A stretch of DNA of 62,610 nt, the filler included, from Sphacelaria rigidula (lineage: Eukaryota), in the NCBI GenBank assembly GCA_964200075.2. It is 7 parts of 7 records of this genome, joined end to end, with 100 filler letters (N's around TTAATTAATTAA, not from the genome) between each part and the next. Parts side by side here need not be neighbours in the genome. Positions count along the whole stretch, not along the records: positions 26,880 to 35,737 come from CAXNAA020009919.1; positions 35,838 to 44,695 come from CAXNAA020009920.1; 5 more parts are not named here. One strand, given 5' to 3'. The notes under the pieces are model-generated. The model was not told the DNA's origin. It saw only the letters and a list, made by a program, of their open reading frames with translations, and ran no database searches. The position numbers and the translations under genes were made by a program. The first letter of the stretch is position 1. Each line of letters opens with the position of its first letter. Positions 31,770 through 44,795 of this stretch are shown one piece after another.

Positions 31770-32340
31770 ACATTCTAATGATGCATACAATTCGATCACC
31801 GCGGCGAAGATAAAATGGGCAAATGACATATTGGAGTCGAGAAAGGATGGGCAGAGGTTGAGGACACGTGGCGACGCGCGGACAACCGAGAATCAGACCA
31901 CCGTCACAAACGAGAGGCTGCTCCGTCGAGGGCCGCCAATCAAAGAATCCTGTCTGCTCATATCGGTTGTTGATTATGTCCTTAGTCGGTGGCCCTGCGG
32001 TGCCCACGGGTGTGTCTGAGTATACTCTGCTACCCTGAATTCCATGGGCTTTTTCCTTTTCCCTTCTTCCTTCTTCATTTTTCCTCATTTCCATATTTCT
32101 TTTCTTTTTTATCTTATTTTTATTTTCCTTTTTCTAGACCGGCCATTTCTTTCTGTGCTTTGCTCTTCTTGACTTTTTCCTTTTTATCACATCTCAGTCT
32201 AGTACGTCGTTCTGTTCGACTTTTTCCATTCCTTCTTCTTCTTCAGCGAGTGTTTCGTTTTCGTTTTTTCTTGGGTACTTCTATCATGTGACCACGGCTG
32301 GATCCCTGGGGGGTCAAAGTGCGACAATCGATCGATCAAT
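31770..32340 (+). mobile_element. 5'-truncated RTE-like LINE copy (ORF end, 3' UTR, terminus)
   Basis: 31860-31940 matches 23460-23545 (gaggacacg.ggcgacgcg...aacgagaggct.ct.cgtcgag). Ends in gtgaccacggctggatccctgg...gtgcgacaatcgatcgatc. Confidence 0.8.
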
Positions 32341-35300
32341 TTTTGAAAGAGAGAGGTTTTCTTTTCGAAAAAAATGGAGGTTTCGGGGCACAAATAAACC
32401 CGTTGATGATATACCTCAATATTATTCGAAAGTAGAACTTTTTGAGGATTGACGGAGGTTACTCGAAAAGTATATTCAATTGTTCCGAAAGGACTTCTAC
32501 ACAGCAAGATCTCATGATGATGATGGTCCTGCAGAGAAGATCAACAAGATGGGGTTGGTGGCTGAGATTTCCTACCCTTGTAGTACGGCCTCGAGATAGC
32601 TGACTCGCAACTTGCGTCTATTGCCAACCTTTTCGCACAACCTTTCAACTGACGCCCTAGCAAGGCTTCATGTTTTTCTCCGGACCGATCCTGGATCTTC
32701 GCCTTTAATAGCTTTATTTTTGTAATTTTTGTCCCTTCCTTCTTATTTTTTTCACTTTCCCCTCTTTCTCGCATTTCCTTCAGAGAGTCTGGAGGCGTGT
32801 TTTTTTTTTAGATATTTTTCTTCGTTACGTCTAGATCTGGTGATCACGACTGGATTCGTGACGGAGAAGTTAATGCGCGAGAATTTATCGTGTCTCGCTT
32901 TCAGAGAGCAGGCGCATGGGGGAGATCATGTCCAACCTCTGGAATAGCTGAGTTGCAACCTGCGTTCGCGACATTTTATCTTTTTCCTTCACGTTTTGTT
33001 TCGACTGATATCGTTCGCTTGGCTGAGACAAGGTACACGCAGTTGATGGCATGCGCCGGGTTTGTACCTTTCGCCTAGCAGTGAGTACGCTGGAAGCAAT
33101 AGCGTCGTGGTAAACAGGACGTTGCAGATTCCGTCGACCTGTGTGTTTTGTTTAGCTCGTATGTTGCCATAAAATATGTTCGCGCAGGGCATTCTAAATG
33201 AGACGAAAATAAATTCCAGCATGTGTTACCGATGACAACTACTGCCGACAGACTTAATGATGACGGTGGTGTACCACCGTCTGGAAGTAAAGATACTGCA
33301 TTTCAGTTCCGATGTTTCATAGTCAAAACTAGATGTGCAACCGAAACGGTGTTTAATTTATTTCAAGTTTGAGGCTGGCGCTATGGTGGGGCAAAACCTC
33401 TACTGTTGTCTATACCGGAGTACCGGACTGTGCCGCACGAGTACCATTTTTTTTTTCACGAAGTAATCTACTCGTACGTAGTGTAACACTGTCTGTCTGA
33501 GCTATACGACTGCGGTTTGGACGGTACGGTACTACGGGGCGACTGTTGGATATGCTGCCCCGAATCGAGGTGAAAGGTTTTGCACGGGGTTCGTTGTTGC
33601 ACACGTGTGTGTACGTGCACCTTAAAAAGGTGTGGGCATAGAGGCAAAAAAAGGCGATGGTTTGTGAATACTCGATTGAATGCGGTAGTGTGGGTTGCTG
33701 CCCTGTTGTACTCGTGTTGTTGCACTGCTGCTGTTGGCGAGGTCAGCCGACCCAAAGCGCGCGGAGCAACCGATGTTATGGTAACCAGAAAAAGCTCTTG
33801 GAAATAGATAGGGAGACTGAGGGGAGGGCGGGGGACCGCGCGGTTTGCAAAACAAATGAAGTCAAAACGCAAATTGCGAACGAATGCAAGGCTTCCTTTC
33901 ATTCATCTTGCTTCAATTACAGAACTATGTCCCTGGTGATCGGAAGGGATCAATCAGAGCCTAACAGGCCGGGGGATGCAACATGCCAGATGCCATGACC
34001 CAGCATCCACATTTCTACTACTGTCTGTAGAGGTTATCAAAATCAGACGAAAAGCAAGCGATACCAAATGAGAAAGCCACACAATACATAGGCATCTTAC
34101 CCCACCTGCCTTTCCTTTGTGCACCTCTTGCCTCAAGCTTTTTTATCCTTCTATTCCAGAATAGCAAACGCCCCTCGCACCAATATACGCAGCAGATGAA
34201 AACTAGCGTAACACACAGGGGAACCTTATGCCCAAGCACGTGCTGGTAGTTTTTCGCAGGTCGCTCTTGATGGAGTATGACATGGTGGTTCGAGAATATT
34301 CGTGGCCATTTTTGTATTTCCTTCTCGTATCCGTAGATGAGCTAGATTATGGCACTAGATATCAGGTACGGGTTCCGGACTCTGGAGTGAAAGCGACATC
34401 AACAACTGATCCGCGGTCTATACCGTCACAAAAGCGGGTATACATATATGAGAGAGGCGCTCGAGTACGACTACATTGTGCTTGCAGTGAACGCTGCGGT
34501 TGGTTGAGTTCTTCTTTCTGTACAACAGTAAGACGAGGGAGCTATTTCGGAATAGTTTTCGAGATCATACTTTGCGGTGGATTCTCCGACAAAAACATCA
34601 ACGGTCACCTCGGTTGACATCGCAACACCAGCCAGGCTACGGCTGTAAAGTACGGTACAGACGGGCTATCAGAACACAACTCCTCCGCTAACTGGACAGA
34701 GCCATGGAGGCCAAGACATGCAGCAGCAGCAGCAGCATTGCCAGTAGCTGTAGGGGTGAAGGCCGTGCGGCTCTGTGTGCGCGTACACCAGGGCCCACTA
34801 CTGCTCTCGCAGAGTCCCAGAACATCCCGCAGTCAAGCGGTAGAGATCAGGTACTGTATCAATATGAGCGTGTTCGGCATCATCTCATGAGATCTGTTAC
34901 GTACGAGTGCGGTTTGTACGAGCATGCGTCCGTCTGATTCCTGTTTCGGGGAAAGGTTTGTCGTGGGAATCAGCTCTCGTGTGTTCACAGTAGTTGACAC
35001 ATGTCAGACAGCCTGCCGACGGTAAATACGTGGAATTGTCCGAGCTGCCAGAGTATCCTGATTGATTGATTATCTAACCTGATGTCACTTCAGTAGACGC
35101 AGCGGCCGTCTCCATCAACCCTCCATGGCGCATGTCGAGCAGATGGTCAAGCAGCGGTAAATTTCGTACTCAACCAGGGGGACATCAACAGGAGAAGTAA
35201 GCCAAATGTACCTCCGCCAACCCCCCGGATTTTTCAGACAAAGAATACGAGCATTTTTGTACCTACATCGACCTCTTTTGTAGTGTACTGTTGTAGTATT

Positions 35301-35649
35301 TCAAGACGACACAGTGTAGTCGAGTGATTTAATGCCCACTGGGTACGAGTTCATGGCGCCGCTAGCTGAGCTGGAAGCATCTACTAGGGCACTGCAAAGC
35401 ACTTTTCCCGAGGGTGTTGTTGCCGTACCGGACTGTGGTTTGAGCCTCAGCTATACTCGGTATGTTCGCTCTGTTAACGTCAGTATCAAGAGTAAAACAA
35501 GGGAGTGTGGGAAAATCATTTGCTTTTCTGCTACTGTTCTAGCCACGCGTCATTTTGCTCGTGATCTTGCTTGGGTCATTGTTGCTGTATTATCATCTCA
35601 AACGATATAATGTCGCGAGCAAAGTCTGATGGCGCCTCAGTTCACGTGC

Positions 35650-35722
35650 CCATACTCGGGTCAGTTGGTAACCTCGTAACCTTCTGACGGTTGAGTAGTG
35701 GGGTTCGATTCCCGGAGCGATC
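35650..35722 (+). mobile_element. tRNA-like sequence (probable tRNA-derived SINE head or tRNA pseudogene)
   Basis: A-box-like GGTCAGTTGGTA, an anticodon-arm hairpin TAACC-ttCTGac-GGTTG and B-box GGTTCGATTCCC. The acceptor stem pairs poorly. It sits at a contig end. Confidence 0.45.
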
Positions 35723-35737
35723 TGGGATCTTTTCTCA

Positions 35738-35837
35738 NNNNNNNNNNNNNNNNNNNNNNNNNNNNNNNNNNNNNNNNNNNNTTAATTAATTAANNNNNNN
35801 NNNNNNNNNNNNNNNNNNNNNNNNNNNNNNNNNNNNN
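35738..35837. other. Artificial 100-bp contig spacer
   Basis: Same N/TTAATTAATTAA/N pad. Confidence 0.98.
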
Positions 35838-36387
35838 ACATGCAACGCCTTCGATGTGTTTTCTGACAGCCGTCATGTTCAAGTCCGCAGCGTACCACCT
35901 GATTTGTGGGGGTTCTTCCCACCCACCGTGTTCACCACACACGGTAGTTGACCCTGTTATACGCGGATGTTCGGCTTCTCCACTTGACAGCGGTTATCAC
36001 GATATCTTTCTTTACGCAGGGGGAGCACCATACGCTGAGATATCCTTGCTGGCATGCACGCGATGTTGGCTGAAACATTATGAAAAAAAGCGGCGGAATC
36101 ACGACTTCTCTCTATTTTCAGTATAAAATTCAAAAACTACGGATCTTGAAAATATCAGACGCTAACTACTGTACCAGGGGCGCCAAGACACGATGGTCGT
36201 GCTTCAGTTTGGAGCACCGACACACTTTGTACAGCTGTTGCAGTACGTGCTTGTGGTCGCAGCACTGCTGTTATTTCCTTATATCGGTTTTTCTCTGGCA
36301 AGAAGCAAGGGAGTTTTCTCGTGGTGTAACCATCTCTCCCCAATTTTAGCACGATAACATTTCATGCCGGCCGTTTATGTTGTACAG

Positions 36388-39300
36388 GCTTTGATAGCGC
36401 GAGTGGCGAGAGAGGTGGAGGAGGAATCAGGCGTTGATTTGGAGCAGCTCATCAACCCATCCAAGGTAATGCGCTGCCAAAATGGAAATTTAGCCGTTTT
36501 TTAACGTCTAGTAAAAACAAAAAAACAAGGTACAGGCAGTAAGTAAGAACCCGCGAAGGGTATTTTGCACGTGAAATGGCGAGAATAATTTTGTATTCTA
36601 CTGCCACGGCCGATTGTGGTCATGTCTGTCACGTCGTACGGTACTCGTCTGTGCTACTTTCTACTCGTTGTTCCTACTCTTCTATTCAAGTGAGTAGACG
36701 GGCCTCGAATATGCTTTTCGTCGAACGTGCAGGCCCACTCTCGCCGCGTTCAGCAGCAGGTGAGCTATGCGACCCTATTTTCGCCGATATCGTGTGACCA
36801 ACTTTTGCCTGCTCAACCTCGGGAGGCAGGACAGACCATGACTCACCATGTGCACAGTGCTAGATATCTCAATATTCACTGAGCGATCAGTCAGAGCTGA
36901 TTGATGAATCAGTGGATCATTACGACACGTTAACAATAGTTACTGCCAAGGGCCATGAAGCGGGTGAGCTGTCAGACCATGGTATTCAGGGGTAGGGTTG
37001 GAGTCCCTGTTGATGAGCGCAGGCAGCTCTTGCCCAAGTGCTCTAACGTACAAGCGGAGTTCTTTGTCCTTGCTCTTGCTGAGAATGTTTGTACTGCTGT
37101 ATTTAACTTGATGCTCGTGTAATAACATCTCAACGCATGCATCGCGCGTGCGCACGCACATACGGAAACGATTCTTTCATGGTTAATGGTGTACATGCTC
37201 GTAACCTGCACAGTCAACACCTCCGGAGCCCTGGCTGGCATCGATACGAACACCCAACTTTTGCGCGCGGCACATTTTGCTTTGTTTGGCTGCAGTTTGC
37301 AGGTTTTCCGTTGGCATGAAGGCATAGTTTGTGTCTCCTGTCACTCGTAATTCGTTGGAAACGCCCACTTTGCAATCGGCCTCGAGGTGCTCGTTAGCGC
37401 TGCTTGTGGTAGGTACATCACATGGGACGTCGACGTTGGTGCATGGTTTCAAATTCACAGGTGATCAACCTTGAGCGAGATTTGGCGAAGCTTCGGATCT
37501 CCCTGGAGGAAGGAACGGGCAACAAGAGTGAAATACAGCAGGTACACACTATTATAGTGCCATCTATGGCACGTGGCATGCTCGATAAATGGCTCTTGCC
37601 TAACTCTGAAGAGGTGTCGTCTGTGGAATTTCGTGCGCGTGTTATCCCCGCCAAGACAGTACACTTCGTCGTTGCCTTGAAGAGCGAACCCATCTCCTAC
37701 GGCCTCCACTGTCACGTACTGTCTGCGCACCCTCTCTTGGTGCAAGCATGTACCCTGCCTGTATCTGCGAGCTATTTTGTGCCCCACGTGCTTCCCGGTT
37801 TTATGTGGTGAGCGCATGAGCATTGTTGCGTAAATATATATGCATACGGGCGTATACGGGAGACGCCACTTCTTCAACTCGCCAACTCGTCGTCCATGGT
37901 GTCGGAGTTCACTGCTCTGACGGCCGGTGATTTTCAAGTCAAGAGTTGCCGCAGGAGTTAGCAGGACTCACACCAGAAATGTGCTGCAGAGGTTTTCGTG
38001 GAGCGTACAGATGAGATTGAGGGTACGCCGTTTACAGAGTTCACCACCGAAGTGTGTCAATCATAAAGAGGTGCTACACCCTCTAACACACGGTGCATAT
38101 AACTCAGAGATGGTATAAGTCTAGAGAGAGACACAGTTACCTACGGGTTCTTCATTGTGAACCCCACGTTCGTGTGTGCACGTATCAGAGATTGACGTCA
38201 CGACGTGATCATCGAGATCGGAAGGTACTCGGGTAACGATACAAGCCGTTCCGATCGTTGCTCTAGTCGGACGAATCCGCAAGGGCCCGGTGTTCCATGT
38301 GCGTGTCGGATTTCGTGGCGGTAGAGAACTCTGTGGGTCACCCACAGAGTCCGATTCCACGAGGCCTTGTCCACACAGAGACACAATATTGGCTGGCCCA
38401 CTGCTTTCCTGTATCACTGGAAGATACAAACCGCGCTTGCAGTGTCCTTGGCGTCAAGACCAACTCAACAATCATGAACCGGAGACCTTCATTCTGTGGT
38501 CTACGCATTCTCGTCGTAGGGTGCATGCTTGATGTTCCGTTAACCCTAACGCGGACCCCAAACCTATCCCTAGCATGCCCTTCAAAGCAAAATGAATAGG
38601 ATTGCATGGACCGCAAAATGAATAGGATTGCATGGATCGATGCTGAATTCCTTCCCTCGTTGCCGTGGCACCAATGCTGTGACACCGACCGCAGGAAATC
38701 GAGAAGAAGGAGTCGACTCTGTCAGTGGAAAAGCGATCGGTAATGAGGGGCTGGTTGAAGAAAATCTTCGTTGGTCAGGCCATCATCACCACCATATTGG
38801 GTGGATTAATGGTACGCCGACTTTGTGGCTTTTGTTTCATGTCTGAACTTGCTTCGATTTGGCAACGAGAGCTGAATATCTCGTGGTGCTTCCATACTCC
38901 CTCGCGCAACCGAAGGGCAGGGGACGAGATATGAACGCATGTTGTTTTACCTTACAACAATCGATCTCGATGGCATGGAGGCATTTTCAACGTATTTTCA
39001 CGAGTGTTGCTCAAAGCACCGAATGTCGGCCGACCCATAGGTGATTGAAACGCGGCGAATATAACGATTTTTTGTGCGTAGCAAATTTTGCATCTTTTCT
39101 TAACATCCCTAATTTAACCACATCGTCTTGAGGCTCAAATCTGCTTCCGAGTATGCCATTTATCGCTGCAAGACTGAGGCCCGGTATGTGAATGTCGATA
39201 TCAAAACCCTTTTCGAGACACAGCAGCTGATTTTGAGGCACAATCCCGGCTTAATCTGCTCATCGCGCCGTAGTCATTGTCCATGTTAGTCCACGTATGT

Positions 39301-41398
39301 ACCATTTCATGTATTGGGTTTTGTGAGCGATTGCTTTTGCAGTGAAAATCCGGAACTGTTCATCCCCGAAGGGTTGAGGCACAGGCGCGATGTAGGGTAA
39401 GCAATTCCTACTCTATTCCCCATTCCCCAAGGCCCATATAATATGATATCTGATGTACTGAATAGATGCGGTTATGGGCCACAAGCCCGTTGCACGGCCA
39501 GGCTTCATCTAGGGCACATCGAGTCCTGGTACAAGATTCAACCTCATGGACAGATCTGGTGGGCAGGGCCCACTTCGAGGCACAGGACAGATGTCGGGCG
39601 TGCCTCTTTCCCTTCCCTTGCCTCATACCGGCTACTCGCTGTACCGTACTCCAGTACTTGACACAGTGGAACACTGGTATACTAAAAAGCATCCCGTAAA
39701 CACCCCGACGTGGTTCATTGTTGGCCCTGAATATCCATCACCCGCTGGTAATCAGCTGTATCACATGTGGTCAATCTCGGTCCCATCTCGTGCGTTGGAC
39801 GATACTTTGCCTTCAGGCTTACGACGCGGTACCCTTTTTCGAGGACGTAGACATTTCCGTCCGCGTACTGGGCTTTTGGTTTATATGGCTCTTCACCGTG
39901 CCTTCTCTACGAGCGCGAAAACCCGGGGCGGAGGAGAAAGTGGCGTTAAACGTGGCGTTTCTTGCTACGCCGGTTATCAGCTTTATAATGCCCTTCATCA
40001 CCAAGGTTTGTCTTGGAGATATTCAGTATGTATGTATGTGTGTGTTATGCCTGTTGTGGGTCGGTTCGGTATGGTACTGGAAACTCGTCGCTGTGGACTC
40101 ATGTTCGTCACGGGAACATGTTGAGGGTAGCGAAAGTGCGCGATGTTTCGGCAAAAGTTTAGGTGACGACTGGCCATCGCATTTGTGCCCGGGTTGTGTT
40201 GATGACGTTGATGGATGTTTTCAGGCTTGCCATGAACACGTCGTTGCGAGGAACTTGATAGGGAACTTGTGGGATTCAAATTACAACGCGCAAGAGACCC
40301 GTGACGCATTTCCTCCAGATGATGCCGAATAGAGGAGCCGGTAAATGAGTGCCGTAATTTGTTTTTGCTGATAGGCTCTGCACGCTTATCCCAGTGCAGC
40401 CTTTTGCGAACTCACTGTATTCTCACGGCTTCGACACGGTTTCGGAACTGCTCTACAGTCTTGCACAGCTAAAACAGATATTCAATGTCTGTTTCACCGC
40501 AGGAAGGCTTCATCGACGTGCGCGGAAAGTGTCTTCACGTTACATACCTTGTTGATTACGTGCCCTGACCTAGTCTGCCTCCATCATGCGCTGGTGTTCC
40601 ACCATGGGGTCGTTGTGCCTGTGCAGCTCTCCGGCGGAAGAATGACATTCCCGTAAAATATTTTTTCTACACGCACCTGCTGGGCGATATGATGTGGTCT
40701 TCGATATGGTTTCATCAACCATGTGCTTTGTGCGCACAGGACCCGATACCGATATACTGGGCGAACATCGCGGTGTTGGCCGCTTGCTATGGGTACGGGT
40801 TCACTATTGGAAAGCCGGACGACGGAAGCGTGGGCATGGAGAAGAACCAACCGAAATGGCTCAAGTTTATCTACAAGGTGCTGTACGTTTAGACATGTCC
40901 TAACGAACATGTGAAGAAATACGGGGTCGCCGTTTCCTGCTCGTCAAATTCCGAAGTCACTGTTTTGTTGAAGCCTTAAGGCCGTGTAGGCGATGCGCAA
41001 CAACGTTCGAAACGCAAGCAATGAAGTGCAAGGGTGATGGTCGCATTGTCCTCAACCCTGAGTGTACAACCCTAACGGCGTGCAGAAGGCTACCCCTCCG
41101 ACGTATGTCCTGCTCGCGCTGTCCGTTTGGCTTTTCTTCACCATCAACTCATTTGATACTCCGATATCGAATCATCGCAGGTTAGAGTGTCGTGTTCCCC
41201 CTACAGGTATGGACTGTTTTCATTCTTGTCTCACGTTTCGATTTGTTTGCTGCTCTTGGCTTCGGCGTTGCTGACGGGCGTTTGTGATGTTGGCAACTCG
41301 CTCAGTCTCTGGACTTCGGATCGGGCCAGGAAAGGGGTGCCCGGCAAAGGGGCAGCGTGCCCGAAAGCGACGAATCGGACGGAACCGAGGGAGCATAG
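36388..41398 (+). CDS. RPH1: RPH1-like (Resistance to Phytophthora 1) membrane protein, 5'-partial; exons 36388-36465, 37461-37541, 38695-38811, 39817-40005, 40740-40877, 41306-41398
   Basis: Six exons with canonical ag/gt ends and phase-0 joins give a continuous protein: ALIARVAREVEEESGVDLEQLINPSK-VINLERDL...-EIEKKES...LGGLM-AYDAVPF...GFWFIWLFTVPSLRARKPGAEEKVALNVAFLATPVISFIMPFITK-DPIPIYWANIAVLAACYGYG...-SLDFGSGQERG...*. The W.IWLFT.PSLRAR....EK.ALN..FL..P......PF..K core matches my recollection of plant RPH1. Confidence 0.85.
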
Positions 41399-41864
41399 AA
41401 TGGGCCTCTTTTTTGTAGGGTGGGGAACAGTAGGCATGTGGATTGTTTTGTGTATGGTGTACAGGAGGGTGAAGTTAATAGCTAACCACGACTCACTTGG
41501 GATATGAACGGCAGGAGCATTCGCGTGCGTGAACCAAGCCACAATAAGTGGCGCTTCATCATACGTTAATTGGACTCACATGAACAGCCGTCGCCGCCGC
41601 CGTCAGAGGGCTACGTGCTGGCGAGGATAGAAGGCTTGAGGGCTATTTCAATAAAGGGCCACTGAACCCACCCGCAGCCCGCATTGATTCTGCAAAATGA
41701 ACGAAGTGAGCATGAACTAGGGCATAGAGCCACGGTGTTGGTTTGGACGCACATCTCAGCATCTGGCGAGAGGGGCGAGTTGGGCGTTGTGATCATTACT
41801 CTGATTGCTCTGGCGCTAGTGCACTGTGCCCTGGGCGGCGGTGCGCATGGCAAATTTTGATCAA

Positions 41865-43090
41865 TTCCAATTTCACAAAGTGAAGTTGGGTTCTTCTGCG
41901 GGTAAAAACTGGAGGTTTTTTGCGACTCCGTTTTGCGTCGAGATTCTTGCGTCGTGATTCTTGCGATCGGATCCTTGCGATGATTTTTTTGCTGGATTTT
42001 TCCAGTCTGAAACCCTTATCGACTTCGGTTTTTTGGGGATAACTTCGTCAAACGGACACCAAACGCATCCTGCTCCAAGGCGCACCTGGACACACGGCAG
42101 TTGCCGCTGCCTACCTAGTATGATCCTCCGAATCGAAGTTTCGAGCTAGGAGCACGCTAGGGGTACGCCAGGAGCACAACCCCTGTGAACATTGGACAGC
42201 GGTGCGGGTAGTCCATCTCGATCATGCAAACGTTTTTCAAATGAATATTGATGCCGATTCAGCAGGTGACCTACCCTCGGGGTCAAAATGCTGCAGACAA
42301 GACTCAACAAGGCGTCACAACACTATGCCGGCCAAACACGCGCCCGTTGCCTGAAAATCCCATTCGTTTTTATGATTGCCGACAATATCAGACGATGTGT
42401 CTTGAGTCTTTGTCACACCGGCTGGAAACCGAAGACATAGCGAGGACCCTTGGGCACGGGGGGTGCGGCGTGTTCCCTAGGCAAAGTATGCGTTGCCAGA
42501 CCTCAAATCGGCGCCCCAGGCGCAACGCGTTCTGCGCACGCCAGGAGCAGGGTAGTCCATTTGGATCATGCATACTTTGTTCAAGTGAATATTGATGCCG
42601 ATTCAGCAGGTGACCTACCCTCGGGGTCAAAGGGTCAAACACCCGGATTTCGGTATCTAGACTCAAATCCAATACTGCACCTGCCTGTCGACAAGCCGTA
42701 AATGTTCGAACTATCTCGAACTATCTCGAACTACCAAGTGGTAAAGTCTACTGCTTGAGTTACAATCTCACAAAGTGAAATCGGTTTCTGCTGCGGGTAA
42801 AAATTCGACGAAGAGGTTTCTTGCGACTCTGTTTTTGCGTCGTGATTTTTGCGTCATGATTCTTGCGATTGGATCCTTGCGATTTTGTTTCGGGGTCGTG
42901 ATTCTCGCGACCGGATCCTTGCGATAGTCTCTTTGCTAGGTTTTTCCAGTCTCAAACCCTCATCGATCTCGGTTTTTGGGGATAACTTCGTCAAACGGAC
43001 ACCAAACGTATCCTGCTCTAAGGGGCACCTGGACACACAGCAGTTGCCGCTATCTACGCAGTATGATCCTCCACATCGAAGCCTTGAGTG
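41865..43090. repeat. Internally duplicated repeat block (41865-42150 ~ 42765-43090; 42205-42290 ~ 42550-42632)
   Basis: Shared ggggataacttcgtcaaacggacaccaaacg and tgaatattgatgccgattcagcaggtgacctaccctcggggtcaaa. Confidence 0.85.
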
Positions 43091-43139
43091 AGAACCCCCA
43101 GCGTTTGGTGCTTATGTACAAGGAAGGGTGATCTCCATC

Positions 43140-44695
43140 TATCTAGTATCATGCTCCAAAACGTACCTGACAAGGGGGCAGCACCCCCGTACAAACAGTA
43201 GCAATGCCAGCGGATCCCACGTCCTGAGAGTCTGTCACAGTCTGGCAGCCGGCAAGGTGGTTATGGTAGTGTCCTTCTAGCGATGCCATCTTACAGAGCA
43301 CTGGAGCAGAGTTTGCAGGTGAATTCACTTGGTCTAGTATAGGAAACCTGTAGCACTGGAGATCGCTCGGTTCTTGACACAGTAAGCAAACCGGTCCACG
43401 GCACTTGACAGCCCCCATCATACACACAAGATCTAGGGGACCTAGTTAAACATCCGAAGAAACTGTCGAACAGCAATACGAAACTTTCCGGGATCGGCTG
43501 CGGACAGTGCTCGAATAACGGAACATAAATCGACCAGTTACCGCTCGTACTAGAAAACAATGCGCTTGGAACACTTTGCAGCTTCGAAGACACAGATTTG
43601 AATGAACAGACACTTCTCTGAGCCCTCATGTGTGTTGTATCCGCCTGTGAAAGTATTTCCTTGTTCATCGATGCCTGGCTGGGGGACAGGGAAGCCATGC
43701 TCCCTAAGGTTTTCAAAACCGTTTTCATTTTGTGCATGCAGCTCATAAAAATCAAACTGTCTAGCTTTCACAGGTCTTGCAAAATCGATGCAGTTCGTTA
43801 GCGTGACCACCACTGCGCAGACGGGAGGTAGCTATGATCCGGTTTGCCTGCCGTACTGCCGACAGCGTCGCATGAAAGCCACAAGACCCTTGCTATCGGC
43901 GGTTGATGGCGTGGGTCTCGAATGTAACGACATGCGGTTGATCGTAGAGCACTCTCGTCTCTCCTCCCAGCTTGTTGTAATAATAATGCATGACCTCCTG
44001 ACATTGGAATAGTTATGAGAGTATTATGGGAAGCACTGGTACTGCTGTACCTATTACTCAGGTGCTCACGCGGCCAGCGTGCACTGCAGATTGCGGAATG
44101 GGCGGACTCCTACGCGCCACGCTAGCAACAGTTAGGTCACCGCCATACGTATCTTTTTTCATTCCGCATGTCAAGAAGGTCTCCACAAGTGTTTGATCTC
44201 TCACGCACCCCCCCCCTAAATGGCCTGTGCTCAGGCACCCCGTTGGGGCGAGGGGGAGGTTGGGGAATATCAACGATGAATAACACCCCCTAAGTTCAAA
44301 TTGGATCTATCTGTTGTTATTGCCGCAGCGCCGTCCTTGCTGGCATGTGTGTGACAGAGAACAGTAGTAGCGGTGACGCGAACATTGCCCTGTTTTTCAA
44401 TGACATGTTCTTCAGTGCACTGACGCGCGTCTTGTCCAAAACGAGAGGCAGAGAGAAATTGATCTTCGCATCAAGCAAGCAAGACGAGACGAAATCTCTC
44501 CGCAGCTCTGTGTCGTGGCACAACATGGAATATTGGGTGCATGCTGGTAACATCGATGATGCGAGTCTCTCAAGCGATGGTGGTAATCGCCGAGCGAGGC
44601 CACGCAAAGGACACGGGCGAGGAGCTTCCTCTCTGTCGTTGCTTCTCTCTCTGGTGATATCGTCATCGTAACGCGTGTACGCCGCATTCGTTGGG
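43140..44695. repeat. Unclassified interspersed repeat, copy B (longer; parts also at 27770-27930 and inverted at 30970-31050)
   Basis: 43745-44695 matches 16370-17350. cagtctggcagccggcaag...gcactggagcagagtttgca is shared with 27840-27920. 43325-43410 is the reverse complement of 30970-31050. Confidence 0.85.
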
Positions 44696-44795
44696 NNNNN
44701 NNNNNNNNNNNNNNNNNNNNNNNNNNNNNNNNNNNNNNNTTAATTAATTAANNNNNNNNNNNNNNNNNNNNNNNNNNNNNNNNNNNNNNNNNNNN
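44696..44795. other. Artificial 100-bp contig spacer
   Basis: Same N/TTAATTAATTAA/N pad. Confidence 0.98.

Noticed and set aside
34704-36388. Joining the candidate exon 34704-34850 (...SGRDQ) to the first RPH1-like exon
   Set aside because: It is phase-compatible and reads plausibly, but it crosses an artificial spacer between length-sorted contigs.
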